Source: Malacoraja senta
Lineage: Eukaryota
Direction: 5' to 3'
Length of the DNA stretch: 64,000 bases
Assembly: GCA_038087875.1 (NCBI GenBank)
Contig: CM075988.1
Location: 18,168,001-18,232,000 of the forward strand
Shown one piece after another: positions 38,606 to 50,771 of the stretch. The position numbers were made by a program, and so were the translations under genes. Every line of letters begins with the position of its first letter. Positions within the stretch are counted from its first letter, which is position 1. The notes under the pieces were generated by a model. It ran no database searches, had not been told where the DNA came from, and worked only from the letters and a program-made list of their open reading frames with translations.

Positions 38606-38903
38606 GGGACGACAGATGGCGCAATGGGCTAAGGGTTCGGCTGGCAACCGGAAGGTAGCCGGTTCGAATCCCGCTTGGAGTGCATACTGTCGTTGTGTCC
38701 TTGGGCAAGACACTTGGTCGGAGGGGCCGTAGGCGCAGATTAGCAGCCACGCTTCCGTCAGTCTGCCCTAGGGCAGCTGTGGCTACAGAAGTAGCTCACC
38801 ACCACCGAGTGTGACTGAGGAGTGAATGAATAATGCGATGTAAAGCGCCTTGAGTATTAGAAAGGCGCTATATAAATCCCATCCATTATTATCATTATTA
38901 TTA
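38606..38903 (+). mobile_element. tRNA-derived SINE resembling teleost AFC-type SINEs, with L2-like tail
   Basis: A box TGGCGCAATGG (38617-38627), B box GGTTCGAATCC (38661-38671), gtgtccttgggcaagacactt core, gggcagctgtggctaca motif, gtaaagcgc...gcgctatataaat stem-loop and an (ATT)n tail. Confidence 0.85.
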
Positions 38904-39524
38904 TCTACATATTGTTTCAAATAACTTTCCTAGATGCACTTAAATTCTGCCCCATCTGAGCCCCATCAATCCCGGACAATATTGGGAAAGTTAAAACCCC
39001 GCACTGCCGTAAGACCATTGTCTGCGATATGCACATCTGTTCCCGAGTCCTGTGGACCAGTGAGGGGACTAGTGGTACAACCCCAGCCAGCAGATCGCCC
39101 CTCCCTTACTCTGACACTCTACCCCTTCCGCCTCACTGGACGATCCCTCAGGATATCCAGCGCCAGAGACCCGGCCTCGATCCTGACAACGGCTGCTGTC
39201 TGTACAGAATTTGTACGTTCTCCCTGTGACTGCGTGGGTTTTCTCCGGGTGCTCCGGTTTCCTCCCACACTCCAAAGGCGTGCAGGTTTGTAGGTGAATT
39301 GGCTTCTGTAAATTGTCCCCTGTGTGTAGGATAGAGCCAGTGTATGGGTGATTGGTGGTCGGCGTGGACCTGGTGAGTTGAAGGGCCTGTTTCCATTCAG
39401 CATCTCTAAACTAAAAATATATATGAATAACTCATCCACATATCATGGAGAAGAAAAGCTACCTTTCAAAGTTTATGGGAAGTGTTTAAGAAATACTAAA
39501 TTTTTAAAATAAGTAATAAAAATC

Positions 39525-39755
39525 GAAGATAGACACAAAATGCTGGAGTAACACGGTGGGACAGGCAGCATCTCTGGAGAGAAGGAATGGGTGACGTTTC
39601 AGGTCGAGACCCTTCTTCAGATCAAAGAAGAAGGGTCTTGACCTGAAACGTCCCCCATTCCTTCTCCCCAGAGATGCTGCCTGTCCCACTGAGTTACTCC
39701 AGCATGTTGTGTCCATCTTCAGTGTAAACCAGCTTCTGCAGACCCTTCCTACACA
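39525..39755. mobile_element. Fold-back Penelope-derived mini-element in CADM1 last intron
   Basis: Inverted arms of roughly 95 bp; taataaaaa on both flanks (39514-39522 and 39756-39764). Confidence 0.75.
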
Positions 39756-40809
39756 TAATAAAAAACTAACGCAGAAACACAGACAGCAGCGAGGTTTTCA
39801 CCAAGGGCTAAAGTGCGGAGAACAAAGTGTGACAACGTTCGTCCAGCTGATGTCCCTTCACCTAGTGCTGGGCAGGCTGCTTCCCAGCTGCTGGTTGTCC
39901 AGACGCCAGCAAGTGAGATATTTGTACACACAGAATGTACCACACACCACTGCTGCTGACAGCAGCTAACTTGGCTGGGCTGAGCCGGGCCTCTGTGTGA
40001 GGGGATCTGTTCTTTATCTTTGCTGAGACGGAGATGGATGTGGCGTTAAACTATGGACGTCCCATCTCCCTCTCCTGTGATTTATGATGAGAGGTACCAC
40101 TGAAGAAGGGTCCCCACCTGAAACATCACCCATCCTTTTCCTCCAGAGATGCTTCAATCTCCCCTCTCCCCTGACTCTCAGTCTGAAGAAGGGTCTCGAC
40201 CCGAAATGTCGCCCATCCTTTTCCTTCAGAAATGCTGCCTGAGTTACTCCAGCACTTTGTGTCTATCTTCGGTATAAACCAACACCTGCACTTCCTTCCT
40301 ACACATGCTAAATGAATGCTGCTCCATTTTATCCACCAGCGGTTCATACAAGGGCATTTCAACACCATTCTAGTTTTCATTGCCGCTGGAGCTTGGGCCC
40401 ATGAAGGCTATCATGTGGGCTGCACAAGTCCATCTCAAAACACAGGGCTGCTGAGTCAGCATCCCAGCTACTATCCAAGCTAACAACTAAGTAACATCCC
40501 AAATGATATAGTTGTAACTATATACACTGCTCGAGCTTCCTCTGGCAGCTGATTCCAGATATGCACTACCCTCTTTGGGAAAAAAGTTGACCCTGAGCTC
40601 CCTCTTAAATCTCTCCCCTCTCACCCTCTGCTGATGCCCTCTAATTTTAGAATTCTCTACCCTTGGGAATAGGGTTTTTATCCATGCCCCTCATGATCTT
40701 GTAAACCTCAATAAGATCACCCCTCACGCTTCCAAGGAAGAAGTCCCAGCCCATCCGACCTCTTCCTTTAACTGCATGGTTGCAAGTCCAAGTAATATCC
40801 TGGTGAACA

Positions 40810-41047
40810 CAGAAGGTAGCCACAAAATGCTGGAGTAACTCAGCGGGTCAGGCAGCATCCCTGGAGAGAAGGAATGGATGACGTTTCGGGTCGAGACCCT
40901 TCTTCAGACTGATGTCAGAGGAGGGGACGGGACAAAGGTAGAATGTAGTCGTAGACAGTAAGACTGGTGGAAGAACTGGGAAGGGGAAGGGGTTGGAGAG
41001 AGAAAGCAAGGGCTGTCTGAAGTTAGAGAATTCGATGTCATACCGCT
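40810..41047 (-). mobile_element. Penelope-like pLTR fragment in CADM1 last intron
   Basis: Same pLTR motifs; intact hammerhead-like core at 40880-40909. Confidence 0.75.
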
Positions 41048-41281
41048 AACTAACTTCAGATAGCCCTGGCTTTCTCTCTTGGTACACGTGACAATAAACT
41101 AAACTCAAACTCATCGGTTGTGTGCTAACCAGTGGTTCTCAAGATCTCGATTCCCCTGCTCCGGGCGAAAGACACTGTGCGTCTGCCCAACCTAGTCCTC
41201 TCATGGTTTAGTACAGGTGAGTGGGAGCTGGAGGGGGAACGATTTGAGCCAGCACCGAGGCAGGCTGCCTTCATCCCTCAC

Positions 41282-41410
41282 CTTTGTGTCTGGCAAAGTA
41301 GCGTCCGAGTACAATCAGCAGGCACAGAATGGCAAAGACGACCACGGCCACCACCCCCCCGATGACGGCATGGTCCACCGAGCCTGGCACCTCCGTGCCC
41401 GCTCTCGAGT
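41282..41410 (-). CDS. CADM1: CADM1 transmembrane exon (129 nt, phase 1-1)
   Basis: caacag|AC TCG AGA...CAC AAA G|gtgagg translates (D)[42 protein letters not shown](G): the CADM1 TM helix and the start of the protein 4.1-binding motif. Confidence 0.97.
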
Positions 41411-44194
41411 CTGTTGGTTGGAAGCAAAGAAAATCTTCGTCAGAAAGTCTTTATATTATCAGAAGTGCCGACCGGGCGGGCTATGCAAAAATAACGTCAA
41501 TCACTACTTCCTTAGGAATAAAGAAACGCATTAAAAACTAACAATAAGCTATCTCCTCGTTGTACACAGTCCCGCACATTTGGAATTGACAAGTTGCTCC
41601 ATTTCACCAGTTTTATTGCTTTAGTTTGTCAAGACTGTGAATAATTTTGCACAGACTAAAGCAAGAAGCAACGCATACACGAATCATTGCGGACATTAAC
41701 TGCAGATGAGGAGAATGTAGTCAATTACCGACAGTACATGCACTAACTGCGTGGCATCTGTCAGTGTGTCCTGAGGAAAGGCTGTCCTTACTGATCGTCA
41801 ATAAGCAATAAAGGGCGTGAAGTGCGAGCAACATTGATGCAGTAACGGATGGAGTCTCATCTTTCCCCAGCGCGACCGTGTGGCCCTGGAAAAAGCACAC
41901 CCTTCAAATTCTGCACACCGCCATTCATCGTTCATTCGAGACACAAGAGACTGCAGATGCTGGAATCTTGAGCAAAACGCAAAGTGTTGGAGGAACTCAA
42001 CGCATCCACTCAGGCAGCATCCGTGGAGGGAAATGGATGGACATTGTTACGGTTGGGATCCTTCTTCAGACACAATGTCCCAAAATGGTTTCTGTCCGTT
42101 TAGTCTGAAGAAGTGTCCCGTCTCAAAATGTCCATCCAATCAGTCTAGTAAAGGGTCCCGATCTTTTTAATTTGGTTTAGTTTATTGTCTTGTGTACCAA
42201 GGTACAGTGGAAGCTTGTATATTGCACGCTATCCAGTCAGCGGAAAGACTATACATGATTACAATCAAGCTGCCCATTGTCTACAGGTACAGGATAAAGG
42301 GAATGGGTGCAAGTTTAAAAGAGTGGAGTGATTGTAATGAATGATTGCAGAACCGCTTCTGGGACCAGCACGCAGAGGGTCGCCTGTCTTGGGTGCCATT
42401 ATTCTGAAAAACTGTATGTCCTTCCACCAATGCTGCCTGACCCTCTGAGTTCCTCCAGCACTTTAGAGATAGAGCATGGAAACAGGCCATTCAGCCCAAC
42501 GGGTTCACACCAACCAGCCATCAACCTGTTGACCAGCACTATCCTACACACTAGGGATGATTTTTCTTACAATTTACCCAAGCCAATTAATCTGCGAACC
42601 TGCACGTCTTTGGAGTGTGGGAGGAAACCAGAGCACCTGGAGAAAACCCAGGCGGTCACAGGGAGAACTTGCAAACTCCGTACAGACAGCACCAGAGGCC
42701 AGTATTGAACCCGTGTCTCTGACGCTGCACAGCAGCAGCTCTACCGCTGCACCACTGGGCCGCACGTTGCGCTTTTTGCTCAACATTCATTTTTATGGGA
42801 TTGGAAAGGTAGCCTCCAACGATAACAATGGCGGGCACCATCCCAGCCTTGATGGAATGGCCTCGATCCAAGCTTGGGGCTTGCCTGATGAGCAGGAGGT
42901 GTAGAGCATCAGAATTCATCACTGCTGGCTTTAGATAGGGCCAATCTAATCGATAACCCAACAACTTGACTCAATCCTCACTGCAGCCTGGCGGCTGATT
43001 TCTCTGACACAGACACGATTAAAGCCCAGTAACAACATGGCTACACACGCACGATCCCATTGCAAACAGCGAGCGTTCCTCCGGTCTGGACGGACTTCCC
43101 TCAAACCCACTGATGATGAAGCACGATCACAAAACACCGCCTTGTCCAAGTCCTTTACTCTGCTCAAAACACGGCCGTAATAGATCTGTTGCAATATTCC
43201 AACTTCTAAATCATTGTAGCTCATACCGAGGAAGCTGTCAACTAAATCTTTCAGTGTGCAATGGTGCGCAGTCAATAATTTGATCCTGGGCTGGGCGCCG
43301 ATGGAAGTGACAGATATTAATTTAACCCAAAGATAAAATGTGCAAGTGTTCAACAACTAATTTTAAAGAAGATTTATATTGATCGGCCTGAAGATGCTGT
43401 CAGCGCTGATTCCAGTGCAGAGTCTTGGTGGGGCGTTATTGGTCAGCTGTAAAGAACTGCGACCACAGAGGAGGGGCTGCAATGAGGACAATATCTGAGT
43501 CATCACTTCCTGCACAATTTATACCTCCATCAATATTCCGCGCTAATTAACGGTAATCGATTTGGGCAGAATAACCTTTAGCCTCTGAGCGGAATAGACT
43601 GGGTAAACACACACAGAGTCTCTTGCCCAGAGTAGGGGAAATGAGAACCAGAGGACATAGGTTTAAGGTGAGGGGGTGGGGCAAGATTTAATAGGAGACC
43701 TCAGGGGTAACTGAGGCAACATCCTCGTAATTCTTCTCTGCACCCTTTCCAGCTTAACAATATCTTTCCTACGCCAGGTGACCAGAAATGCACACAATAC
43801 TCCACATGTGGCCTCACTAATGTATTGTACAACTGCAACCTAACTTCTCAACTTTACTATTCTCGATACTATGATTAATGAAGGCCAATGTGCCGAAAGC
43901 TTTCTTGTCCGCCCTATCAACCTACGCCACTTTCATGGAACAATGTACCTGCACTCCTAGGTCTGTGTAAGAAAGAACTGTTGGTTTAAATCGAAGGCAG
44001 ACAAAAAATGCTGGAGTATCTCAGCGGGTGAGGCAGCATCTCTGGAGAGAAGGAATGGCGACGTTTCGGGTCGAGACCCTTCTTCAGACTGCTCCTAGAC
44101 ACTCCTAGGTCCCTCTGTACTACGTCACTCCCCAGAGCCCTGCCATTCACTATATAGGTCCTACCCTGATTAGACTCACCAAAATGCAACACCT

Positions 44195-44545
44195 CGCGTA
44201 TGGTATGCTTGCCTCCATAAGGCAGGACATTGAACGTAAGAATTAGGAAGTCAAGAAGCAGCTCCATAGGACTTTGGTTAGGCCCCATTTTAAATATTGC
44301 ATGTAGCTCTGGTTGACCCATTTCAGGGAAGGACATTGAGGCTTTGGAGAGGGTGCAGAAGAGGTTTACCAGAATGCTGCATGGATTACAAGGTATTAGC
44401 TACTGGGAGAGGTTGGACAGACTTGGATTGTTCTCACTGGAACGCCGGAGGTTGCAGGGAAGCCTGGTAGAAGTATATAAAATTATGACAGGCATATTTA
44501 GGGCAGGCATGAGAACTTTTTTTCCCAGGGTGGAAAGACTAGAGA
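44195..44545 (+). mobile_element. Degraded CR1 LINE ORF2 fragment
   Basis: LERVQKRFTRML.GL...ERLDRLGLFSLERRRL. Confidence 0.8.
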
Positions 44546-44707
44546 CTTCACTATTAAACTTGTTCCAATGTTCTGGTCAGAATGGTGTTGGTCTCCCCCC
44601 AGCTAACGTTGTATACTATCACAATGAGGGCCTACCTTGGAATGCAGGAGGTTGAGGGGTGATCTTATAGAGGGGATTTGGGATGATCAGCCATGATCAT
44701 ATTGAAT

Positions 44708-44761
44708 GGGGTGGAAGATTGCAACCTTCACGTGGTCCGCCCTGTTTCGACTAATGCAATC
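44708..44761 (+). ncRNA. Minimal HDV-like (CPEB3-type) self-cleaving ribozyme motif, copy 1
   Basis: P1 GGGGTGG/CCGCCCT, P2 GATTGCA/TGCAATC, P3 ACC/GGT, L3 TTCACGT, GT, residual P4 TTCGA, J4/2 CTAA. Confidence 0.8.
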
Positions 44762-44848
44762 AACTCGACGTGCACAAACAGAAGATCAAATAGGACAAGT
44801 TGTCCAACAACTTTAGGCTGCGCACGCCACACGAAAGAAGAAGAAGAA
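44708..44848 (+). mobile_element. Ribozyme-headed short retroposon, copy 1 ((GAA)n tail)
   Basis: Flanked by direct repeat gatcatattgaat(gg) at 44695-44709 and 44849-44863; interrupts a CR1 3' UTR; homologous to 48604-48732. Confidence 0.85.
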
Positions 44849-45334
44849 GATCATATTGAATGGCTCAAAGGACTGAATGGCCTACTCCTGCACCTATTTT
44901 CTATGTGGTTAGAAAACCCAATGAGGGAACAAAATAGGGTAAATGCAGTCTTTTACCCAGGGGGTAAATTTGTTGATTCTGGATTTGTACATATTTTTTC
45001 TCATTGACTGACTGTGTTTGGTTCTGGTATCTGTTCATCATTAGTTCTTCATAAATAAGCAAAATAACATTGTTATGTGCTATTAAAGTTGCCAGGGGTA
45101 AACGGGATGAACAAGGTTGGGAACGCCTGGGTGAGAGGGTTCAAGAACCAGAGGACATAGGTTCTGTCGTATCGTATTTGAGGTGAGATGGGAAAGAACT
45201 TGTGGGGCAACTTGTTCACACAGAGGGTGGTGGGTATGTGGAACGAGCGGCCAGAGGAGATGGTCAAGGCAGGCACTATAACAACACTTTAAAGACATTT
45301 GGACAGGTGCATGGGTTGGAAAGGTTTAGAGGGA

Positions 45335-45516
45335 ATGTTTAAGAAGGAACTGCAGATGCTGGAAAATCAGAGGTAGACCAAAATGCTGGAGAAACTCAGG
45401 GGGTGAGGCAGCATCTATGGAGGAAATAGGCAACGTTTCAGTTTGAAACGTTGCCTATTTCTTTGCTCCATAGATGCTGCCTCACCCGTTGAGTTTCTCC
45501 AGCATTTTTGCCTACC
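45335..45516. mobile_element. Fold-back Penelope-derived mini-element with 15-bp TSD
   Basis: Imperfect inverted arms; aaaggtttagaggga at 45320-45334 and 45517-45531; splits a CR1 fragment. Confidence 0.85.
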
Positions 45517-48500
45517 AAAGGTTTAGAGGGATATGGGCCAAACGCGAGGCTAGTTTAGATAGGGCATCTTTGGTCGGCATGGATCGTTGAGTTGAAGGGC
45601 CTGTTTCCATCTCAACCTCAACCCCGTGTTCCCCTGTATCTCCAACAGCCATCTTCAGAGAGGCTGGTAGAGGTGATGGAAACGGATTCCTGGCCATGTA
45701 CCATGTACAGGTAATGTAGGCAGTATTGATGACATTTTCCTGCACGCTGGTTGTGCTCTGAAGGATGTGTAAGAGGGCAGCAACCATTTCAACACTGAAA
45801 TACGAAAGCTCCTTATTCTAGATATGTGATATGTCTGAATAGTTATTCTTTATGTTCTACACTGAAGCTGGATGAAGCATCTTTTGTAATAACATTACAC
45901 TGGATCGTGGTGAAGCACTACTTATTGTACGGAAACTAGCTCTGATTTCTTCAATTGACACAACACTGCAGCAAATAAATAGCTAACAATCACCGCTTTC
46001 CATTGTTCTGTTCTTTAATTAAATGAAGAAAGTCAGTTACAATTCTCCTCCCTATTGGCAGATTTATGCCTCACTGCACTGCTTTGACGACCTCATGACT
46101 TCTAATCAACCTGAATCAAAGACCAGAACCCTTGGTATGGAATATTAATCTGCTCACACACTACAACCTTATGAGCTCAATGACTTCGGGGGAAAAGCAG
46201 AGTTTCAAACGTATCTCTGCATTTGCATTATTTTCACGGAGAGAAACATCTAATTCCGCCCAAGTCTTATTTGGAATTTATTTTAGACTTTGGAGATACA
46301 GTGTGAAAACAGGTCTTTCGGCCCACCGGGTCCATGCTGACCAGTAATCACTCAGTAAGTGCATCAGCACTATCCTACACAAACACTAAGGACCATTTAC
46401 AGTATTATTACTGAAGCCAATTAATGTACGAACCTGCCCGTCTTTGGGATGTGGGAGGAAACCCGGAGAAAACCGACAGCATCCATAGTCAGGATCAAAC
46501 CCGGGTCTCCGGCACTGGCAGGCAGCAACTCTACCGCTGCACCGCTGTGCCACCCCACTTCCACGTACCATGGCAGAGGGATTTTTATAGCGATCGAATC
46601 AGACAGCTGAAGACACTCCCGTTCCCAAAGCCAGTGAAAGGTGGTTCCAACACTACTCTCCCTCCTGATGGAACTGCAGATAGCAGGCGGCATATCGTTC
46701 GAGTTGCTGCCTTACAGCGCCAGAGACCCCGGGTTCAGTCCTGGCTACGGCTGTACTCTGTCTGTACGGAGTTTGTACGTTCTCCCCGGGTTTCGGTTTC
46801 CTCCCACACTCCAAAGACATACAGGTTTGGTATGAATGTAAAAACCGTAAAAAGTGTAGGATAGTTGTTAATGTGTGGGGGTCGCTGGTCGGCATTGGAC
46901 TTGGTGGGCCGAAGGGCCTGTTTCCTTTTTTAATTTTTTAATTTATTTATTTAATATTTTAATTTTATTTGAAGTACAATCATATGGCACCAAAGTGCCT
47001 AATATATATTGACATCATACATTTTATGTACAGTTTAAAAAAAAAATTATAATGAAAAAGAAAAAGAGAGAATAAATAATAAAAGATAGAAAAACGTACG
47101 ATATATAGTGTGTGAGAAAGAAAAAAGAGTGAAAGAAGAAAAGTGAAGAAAAGAAGGTAGGGCCTGTTTCCGAGCTGTATCTCTAAGCTAAACTAAAGCA
47201 GACAGTGCTGCTGCAGTTTAATGTGAGACCTGGGTTCCTTCCTGACCAAGGCACCGTCCACCTGTAACTCCCCCCCACCCCCCCCCCTCCATATCTATGT
47301 GGGTTTACCCTGGATGTTCTGGGTTCCACCCACATCCCAAAGGTGTGCAGGGGGGATGGGGGAGTTGGTGTGTGGGAGGACAGGTGACACGGGGAACGTG
47401 GATCACTCTGATATAACCAGCGCTGCCCAACACTCTCCCCCTGTGATCTCCACATACCTGACCTCTTCAGTGACCAAAGACCCATCAGCTCTTACTTGGA
47501 ATGTACTCTATAACCAGGGTACACTATAAGTGCCGTTGCCAGAGAACTCCTCACCCCGAGTGAGGAACGTCCTTGTCTCTGTCTTCACAGAGGTTCTCCG
47601 ATGGCCACACTCGGAGAGATGGAGCCACCTTCTCAACACTGTCCCATCAACATGGGCTACCTCACTCACACCCCTCTTCCATCTTTCACCCCGCAGCAAT
47701 CTGTCTGAAGAAGGTTCCAACAGACAATAGACAATAGACAATAGGTGCAGTAGGCCATTCGGCCCTTCGAGCCAGCACCGCCATTCAATGTGATCATGGC
47801 TGATCATCCCCAATCAGTACCCCGTTCCTGCCTTCTCCCCATATCCCCTGACTCCGCTATCTTTAAGAGCCCTATCTTGCTCTCTCTTGAAAGTATCCCT
47901 GTCCCTACCTGAAATGACGCCTGTCCATGTTCTCCGGAGATGCTTCCTGACCCGCCGAGTTACTCCAGCATTTTGTGCCGTTCTTTGGAAGTGTAGCAAA
48001 TTGGATTTGGAATGCGTGTGGATGATTTTTTTTGAAGAAGGAGGTTTACTATTTGACACATTAATTTGGAGGCAATGCAACCCAGGGAGCATTGTACTTG
48101 ACCAGTGTGGAGGGTGATGTTAGCAAGAGACGGACATCGAGACCACAGTGGATGGCCGCTGCAGCTATGGAACTATCTGTTCATGTTCTACGCCACCCTC
48201 CTGCAACTTACCCAATAGGGAAATTAACCATCTGGCCAATGGAAATACGTTCTTTAAATCTGGTGGAAATCTAATAAAACTATAAATTATTAAAATGATA
48301 AACGAATGCTTTAGTCGGGAAGCCAGCTGCTAATGCACCGTTGCTGAGGGCAAGGTGCTGTAATTAAAGGGGGAATAGCTCTCTCATCACAGGCTGGGCA
48401 GGGAGCGAGGGCTTTCATTGTGGTCTCAATATCTGACACGTCATTCTCTGCCCAGGAGTCTGTACACAAAACTGGGACCGAAGGCTTTGGCTGCCTACAA

Positions 48501-48603
48501 AGACTAGGTGGTGATGCCTGACAATGGCGGAGTTGGGGCAACGAGAATCAGAAGGCACAAGTTTTTGGTGAAGGGGGAAAGATCTTATAGAAATCTGAGG
48601 GGT

Positions 48604-48657
48604 GGGGTGGGAGATTGCAACCTTCACGTGGTCCACCCTGTTTCGACGAATGCAATC
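48604..48657 (+). ncRNA. Minimal HDV-like (CPEB3-type) self-cleaving ribozyme motif, copy 2
   Basis: P1 GGGGTGG/CCACCCT (G1.U wobble), P2 GATTGCA/TGCAATC, P3 ACC/GGT, L3 TTCACGT, GT, residual P4, J4/2 CGAA with the putative catalytic C at 48647. Confidence 0.85.
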
Positions 48658-48732
48658 AACATGGCGTGCACAATCAAATAGAACAAGTTGTCCTACAACT
48701 TTAGGCTGTGCACCCCATACGCAAGAAGAAGA
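48604..48732 (+). mobile_element. Ribozyme-headed short retroposon, copy 2 ((GAA)n tail)
   Basis: Flanked by agaaatctgaggggt (48589-48603) and aggaatctgaagggt (48733-48747); interrupts a CR1 fragment. Confidence 0.85.
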
Positions 48733-49834
48733 AGGAATCTGAAGGGTAACTCTTTCATGCAAAGGGTGGTGGGTGTATGGAACGAGCTGCCGGAGGAGGT
48801 AGTTGAGTCAGGGTCTATCACAACGTTTAAGAAGCAATTAGACAGGTACATGGATAGGACAGGTTTAGAGGGACATGGGCCAAATGCATGCAAGTGGGAC
48901 TGGTGTAGATAGGATGTGTTGGTCGGTATGGGCAAGTTGGGCCAAAGTGTTTGTTTCCTTGTTCTATGCTTCTAATACAGTTCAGAACAATGCCAATTAA
49001 ACAACTAGCCATTTAAGCCTACAAACATGTATGTCTTTGGAGTGTGGGAGGAAACTGGAGCACCTGGAGAAAACCCACATGGTCACAGGGAGAATGTACA
49101 AACTCCGTACAGACAGCACCTGCAGTAAGGATCGAACCTGACCCTCTGGCGCTGTAACGCAGCAAATCTACTGCTGCACCTCGGGTGGGGTGAGGATTGC
49201 TGCCAGTACTTAGTTCGATGAGGAATCTTAAAAGGTATCTGCAGCTGATATAACCGTGCGATTTGTAGCCCACTTTCCATGCAAAGTTGCTTACACTGAG
49301 TAATATTTCTCACATGATCCAAGGGCTCCTGCAGAACCGGCCGGCCGCTGTGACAATCTGTCTGTGGGTGGGTGGGAGCCGGTGGGTGGGGAAGGAAGCA
49401 GTGTGACTCTTATTCCAACCCACCTCGCTTGCTGGCAGCAATCCACAAAGGTGCTGTCAGTCGCAGGCCCAGCAACACGGGCATGAAGAGCAGGGCCGGC
49501 CCTCTTTGGGAACAGGCGCTACACCAGGCGAAACCTGCTCACACACTCAGAAAGATCCAAAGGACATCCTCCGTCCACCCTGGGAAAAAGACTGTCGCCA
49601 GTCACCTCATCATAAACTTGTATACCTCCATCATTTGGACAGGTACGTGGAAAGGAAAGGTAGCACAATGGTGCAGCGGTAGAGTTGCTGCCTCACAGAA
49701 CCAGACACCCGAGTTCTGTCCTGGTCACGGGTGCTGACGGTGTGGATTTTGCATGTTCTCCCTGTGACAGGGTGGGTTTCCTCCGGGTGCTCCGGTTTCC
49801 TCCCAAAGACATGCAGGTTTGTAAGTTACTTGCT

Positions 49835-50090
49835 CAACTGAACCATCCTACCAACAACTAGAGAGCTGTCCTCAACTACTATCTACCTCATTGGAGACCT
49901 TTGGGCTATCTTTGATCAGACGTTACTGGACTTTATCTTGCACTAAACGTTATTTTCCTTATTCCCTTTATGATGTATCTGTATACTGTGGATGGCTTGA
50001 TTGTAATCATGTATTGTCTTTCCACTGACTGGCTAGCATGCAACAAAAGCTTTCCGCCATACCTCGGTACACATGACAATAAACTAAACT
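49835..50090 (+). mobile_element. LINE 3' tail repeat (probably Rex1/Babar type); similar copies near 85-310, 7745-7893, 13655-13755, 26807-26960(-), 42172-42300(-), 62250-62395
   Basis: Recurrent gtaatcatgtattgtctttcc.ctgactgg...ttcactgtacctcggtacacatgacaataaactaaact. Confidence 0.65.
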
Positions 50091-50771
50091 GTAAATTGCT
50101 CCCAAATGTGAAGTGAGTGGATGAGAAAGTAGGATAGAAACATAGAAAATAGGTGTAGGAGTAGGCCATTCGGCCCTACGGGCCAGCACCACCATTCAAT
50201 ATGATCGTGGCTGATCATCCAAAATCAGTATCCCGTTCCTGCTTCCTCCCCATATCCCTTGATTCCGCTAGCCCGAAGAGCTAAATCTAACTCTCTCTTG
50301 AAAACATCCAGTGAATTGGCCTCCGCTGCCTTCTGTGACAGAGAATGCCACAGATTCACAACTCTCTGGGTGAAAAGGTATTTCCTCATCTCAGTCCTAA
50401 ATGGCCGTCCCCTTATTCTTAACATAGAACTGGTGTGAACGGATGATCGATGGTCGGCATGGTGGGCCGATGGGCCTATTTCTGTGCTGTATCTCTAAAC
50501 TACATCAAGGGGCAGGTTGTGTGAGGGAATAAAGGCCTGCGGGGAAATAAGAAAGAGAATCCGACTAATGGGATTGCTCTGCTAGATCCATGGGCTGAAT
50601 GGCCTCTTCTAGTGTCAAAACAGTGGAGAATGGAGCAAAGTCTGGAGTCTGGTGGATTTGCATCCAGATCCCTTCTCTGGAGGAGGCTGGTGAGGCGGAT
50701 GACAACTAACATTCCATGTCACCATTAATGATACCAGCTTAGTTTAGTTTAATTTAACTTAGAGATACAGC

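Noticed and set aside
38611..38682. tRNA-Ala(GGC)-like gene
   Set aside because: The A and B boxes and anticodon arm are present, but the acceptor stem does not pair and the sequence continues into a SINE body and tail.
43360..43480. Possible CADM1 exon-10 equivalent (SLQLTNNA resembles LTQLPNSA)
   Set aside because: No acceptor gives the required phase 1 without an early stop, and there is no suitable donor.
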